Origin: Macrostomum lignano
Lineage: Eukaryota
Length of the DNA: 27,492 nucleotides
Reading direction: 5' to 3'
NCBI GenBank assembly: GCA_002269645.1
Contig: NIVC01004177.1
Location: 1 to 27,492 of the forward strand
Numbering within the stretch: the stretch's first letter is position 1; every line of letters starts with the position of its first letter. A program made the position numbers and the translations under genes. Below the pieces are notes generated by a model, which saw only the letters and a list, made by a program, of their open reading frames with translations, ran no database searches and was not told the DNA's origin. Below are positions 23,693-27,492 of this stretch, in pieces.

Positions 23693-24844
23693 GTGTCTCT
23701 TCTACTCCAGTCAGTGTCTCTTCTACTCCAGTCAGTGTCTCTTCTACTCCAGTCAGTGTCTCTTCTACTCCAGTCAGTGTCTCTTGTACTCCAGTCAGTG
23801 TCTCTTCTACTCCAGTCAGTGTCTCTTCTACTCCAGTCAGTGTCTCTTCTACTCCAGTCAGTGTCTCTTCTACTCCAGTCAGTGTCTCTTGTACTCCAGT
23901 CAGTGTCTCTTCTACTCCAGTCAGTGTCTCTTCTACTCCAGTCAGTGTCTCTTCTACTCCAGTCAGTGTCTCTTCTACTCCAGTCAGTGTCTCTTCTACT
24001 CCAGTCAGTGTATCTTCTACTCCAGTCAGTGTCTCTTCTACTCCAGTCAGTGTCTCTTGTACTCCAGTCAGTGTCTCTTCTACTCCAGTCAGTGTCTCTT
24101 CTACTCCAGTCAGTGTCTCTTCTACTCCAGTCAGTGTCTCTTCTACTCCAGTCAGTGTATCTTGTACTCCAGTCAGTGACTCTTCTACTCCAGTCAGTGT
24201 CTCTTCTACTCCAGTCAGTGTCTCTTCTACTCCAGTCAGTGTCTTCTACTCCAGTCAGTGTCTCTTCTACTCCAGTCAGTGTCTCTTGTACTCCAGTCAG
24301 TGTCTCTTCTACTCCAGTCAGTGTATCTTGTACTCCAGTCAGTGTCTCTTGTACTCCAGTCAGTGTCTCTTGTACTCCAGTCAGTGTCTCTTCTACTCCA
24401 GTCAGTGTCTCTTGTACTCCAGTCAGTGTCTCTTCTACTCCAGTCAGTGTCTCTTGTACTCCAGTCAGTGTCTCTTCTACTCCAGTCAGTGTATCTTGTA
24501 CTCCAGTCAGTGTCTCTTCTACTCCAGTCAGTGTCTCTTGTACTCCAGTCAGTGTCTCTTCTACTCCAGTCAGTGTCTCTTCTACTCCAGTCAGTGTCTC
24601 TTCTACTCCAGTCAGTGTCTCTTCTACTCCAGTCAGTGTCTCTTCTACTCCAGTCAGTGTCTCTTCTACTCCAGTCAGTGTCTCTTCTACTCCAGTCAGT
24701 GTCTCTTCTACTCCAGTCAGTGTCTCTGTACTCCAGTCAGTGTCTCTTGTACTCCAGTCAGTGTCTCTTGTACTCCAGTCAGTGTCTCTTGTACTCCAGT
24801 CAGTGTCTCTTCTACTCCAGTCAGTGTCTCTTCTACTCCAGTCA

Positions 24845-26266
24845 GTGTATCTTGTACTCCAGTCAGTGACTCTTCTACTCCAGTCAGTGTCTCTTGTACT
24901 CCAGTCAGTGTCTCTTCTACTCCAGTCAGTGTCTCTTGTACTCCAGTCAGTGTCTCTTCTACTCCAGTCAGTGTCTCTTGTACTCCAGTCAGTGTCTCTT
25001 CTACTCCAGTCAGTGTCTCTTCTACTCCAGTCAGTGTCTCTTGTACTCCAGTCAGTGTCTCTTCTACTCCAGTCAGTGTCTCTTCTACTCCAGTCAGTGT
25101 ATCTTGTACTCCAGTCAGTGTCTCTTCTACTCCAGTCAGTGTCTCTTCTACTCCAGTCAGTGTATCTTGTACTCCAGTCAGTGTCTCTTCTACTCCAGTC
25201 AGTGTCTCTTGTACTCCAGTCAGTGTCTCTTCTACTCCAGTCAGTGTCTCTTCTACTCCAGTCAGTGTCTCTTCTACTCCAGTCAGTGTCTCTTCTACTC
25301 CAGTCAGTGTCTCTTCTACTCCAGTCAGTGTCTCTTCTACTCCAGTCAGTGTCTCTTCTACTCCAGTCAGTGTCTCTTCTACCAGTCAGTGTCTCTTCTA
25401 CTCCAGTCAGTGTCTCTTCTACTCCAGTCAGTGTCTCTTCTACTCCAGTCAGTGACTCTTCTACTCCAGTCAGTGTCTCTTTACTCCAGTCAGTGTCTCT
25501 TCTACTCCAGTCAGTGTCTCTTCTACTCCAGTCAGTGTCTCTTCTACTCCAGTCAGTGTCTCTTCTACTCCAGTCAGTGTCTCTTCTACTCCAGTCAGTG
25601 TCTCTTCTACTCCAGTCAGTGTCTCTTGTACTCCAGTCAGTGTCTCTTCTACTCCAGTCAGTGTCTTCTACTCCAGTCAGTGTCTCTTCTACTCCAGTCA
25701 GTGTCTCTTCTACTCCAGTCAGTGTCTCTTCTACTCCAGTCAGTGTATCTTGTACTCCAGTCAGTGATCTTCTACTCCAGTCAGTGTCTCTTGTACTCCA
25801 GTCAGTGTCTCTTCTACTCCAGTCAGTGTCTCTTGTACTCCAGTCAGTGTCTCTTCTACTCCAGTCAGTGTCTCTTGTACTCCAGTCAGTGTCTCTTCTA
25901 CTCCAGTCAGTGTCTCTTCTACTCCAGTCAGTGTCTCTTGTACTCCAGTCAGTGTCTCTTCTACTCCAGTCAGTGTCTCTTCTACTCCAGTCAGTGTATC
26001 TTCTACTCCAGTCAGTGTCTCTTGTACTCCAGTCAGTGTCTCTTCTACTCCAGTCAGTGTATCTTGTACTCCAGTCAGTGTCTCTTCTACTCCAGTCAGT
26101 GTCTCTTGTACTCCAGTCAGTGTCTCTTCTACTCCAGTCAGTGTCTCTTCTACTCCAGTCAGTGTCTCTTCTACTCCAGTCAGTGTCTCTTCTACTCCAG
26201 TCAGTGTCTCTTCTACTCCAGTCAGTGTCTCTTCTACTCCAGTCAGTGTCTCTTCTACTCCAGTCA
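24845..26266. repeat. Second higher-order duplication inside the satellite: 24845-25369 and 25743-26266 (25 units, 43-unit spacing)
   Basis: 22 of 25 unit types are identical, both copies starting with a GTGTATCTTG unit followed by a GTGA-type unit. The 898-bp offset equals 43x21 minus the 5 nt deleted in between. Confidence 0.75.
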
Positions 26267-27492
26267 GTGTCTCTTCTACTCCAGTCAGTGTCTCTTCTAC
26301 TCCAGTCAGTGTCTCTTCTACTCCAGTCAGTGTCTCTTCTACTCCAGTCAGTGTCTCTTCTACTCCAGTCAGTGTCTCTTCTCCAGTCAGTGTCTCTTAC
26401 TCCAGTCAGTGTCTCTTCTACTCCAGTCAGTGTCTCTTCTACTCCAGTCAGTGTCTCTTCTACTCCAGTCAGTGCTCTTCTACTCCAGTCAGTGTCTCTT
26501 CTACTCCAGTCAGTGTCTCTTCTACTCCAGTCAGTGTCTCTTGTACTCCAGTCAGTGTCTCTTCTACTCCAGTCAGTGTCTCTCTACTCCAGTCAGTGAC
26601 TCTTCTACTCCAGTCAGTGTCTCTTCTACTCCAGTCAGTGTCTCTTCTACTCCAGTCAGTGTCTCTTCTACTCCAGTCAGTGTCTCTTCTACTCCAGTCA
26701 GTGTCTCTTCTACTCCAGTCAGTGTCTCTCTACTCCAGTCAGTGTCTCTTCTACTCCAGTCAGTGTCTCTTCTACTCCAGTCAGTGTCTCTTCTACTCCA
26801 GTCAGTGTCTCTTGTACTCCAGTCAGTGTCTCTTCTACTCCAGTCAGTGTCTCTTCTACTCCAGTCAGTGTCTCTTCTACTCCAGTCAGTGTCTCTTCTA
26901 CTCCAGTCAGTGTCTCTTCTACTCCAGTCAGTGTCTCTTCTACTCCAGTCAGTGTCTCTTCTACTCCAGTCAGTGTCTCTTCTACTCCAGTCAGTGTCTC
27001 TTCTACTCCAGTCAGTGTCTCTTCTACTCCAGTCAGTGACTCTTCTACTCCAGTCAGTGTCTCTTCTACTCCAGTCAGTGTCTCTTCTACTCCAGTCAGT
27101 GTCTCTTCTACTCCAGTCAGTGTCTCTTCTACTCCAGTCAGTGTCTCTTCTACTCCAGTCAGTGTCTCTTCTACTCCAGTCAGTGTCTCTTCTACTCCAG
27201 TCAGTGTCTCTTCTACTCCAGTCAGTGATCTTCTACTCCAGTCAGTGACTCTTCTACTCCAGTCAGTGACTCTTCTACTCCAGTCAGTGTCTCTTCTACT
27301 CCAGTCAGTGACTCTTCTACTCCAGTCAGTGTCTCTTCTACTCCAGTCAGTGACTCTTACTCCAGTCAGTGTCTCTTCTACTCCAGTCAGTGACTCTTCT
27401 ACTCCAGTCAGTGTCTTTCTACTCCAGTCAGTGTCTCTTCTACTCCAGTCAGTGACTCTTCTACTCCAGTCAGTGACTCTTCTACTCCCCCC

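Larger units (their letters stand above)
1906..27488. repeat. 21-bp tandem satellite/minisatellite array, consensus GTGTCTCTTCTACTCCAGTCA, ~1,220 copies, ~25.6 kb, probably truncated by the window end
   Basis: Uninterrupted head-to-tail units without spacers. Unit composition is T8 C7 A3 G3 with no CpG. Variation seen is limited to TTC/TTG, GTGTC/GTGTA and GTGTC/GTGAC plus about 26 short deletions. It starts at TATCTTGTACTCCAG (1906) and ends at TCTACTCC (27488). Confidence 0.99.

Noticed and set aside
1820-27248. Giant + strand ORFs (up to 7,866 aa) of YSSQCLF, LLQSVSL and SSTPVSV repeats
   Set aside because: They follow from a 21-bp stop-free unit. All three frames are open at once, ORFs swap peptide type at each deletion, starts are incidental, and there is no domain content. 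The mucin-like look of SSTPVSV is not evidence of coding.
1906-27488. CRISPR array
   Set aside because: Units are directly adjacent with no unique spacers, there are no cas genes, and the context is eukaryotic and spliced.
1906-27488. Telomeric repeat array
   Set aside because: No TTAGGG- or TTAGG-like G-rich motif and no G-tracts in the unit. A long-unit telomere like those of some yeasts is not supported by the neighbouring animal-like exon.

Overview
Eukaryotic, probably invertebrate animal, genomic DNA with four parts. (1) 1-460: a 22-bp C-rich minisatellite (~21 copies) that abuts a 3' splice acceptor. (2) 469-1067: a GC-rich terminal exon encoding the C-terminal substrate-binding domain of a 5'-nucleotidase (UshA/CD73/YfkN family). 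It is missing from the ORF track because two apparent 1-nt insertions (~669-670 and ~974) split it over three frames. Reconstructed, it reads VSGLRFRFD...ATKYYLYCGKDGY...VQNYF...PSVEGRIVE...stop. (3) 1068-1905: AT-rich unique sequence. (4) 1906-27488: one ~25.6-kb head-to-tail array of a 21-bp unit (GTGTCTCTTCTACTCCAGTCA, ~1,220 copies). All giant + strand ORFs are artefacts of this stop-free 21-mer. I found only three variable sites in the array. Their order forms a readable variant code that shows hidden higher-order duplications: 85 units repeated at a 138-unit (~2.9 kb) spacing and ~25 units repeated at a 43-unit (~0.9 kb) spacing. Each unit also resembles a 3' splice acceptor. I found no CRISPR array, RNA gene or transposon, and I cannot demonstrate a novel biological system. 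The best leads are the satellite's internal code and its splice-acceptor-like unit. Unit types were read by eye, so counts need computational confirmation.
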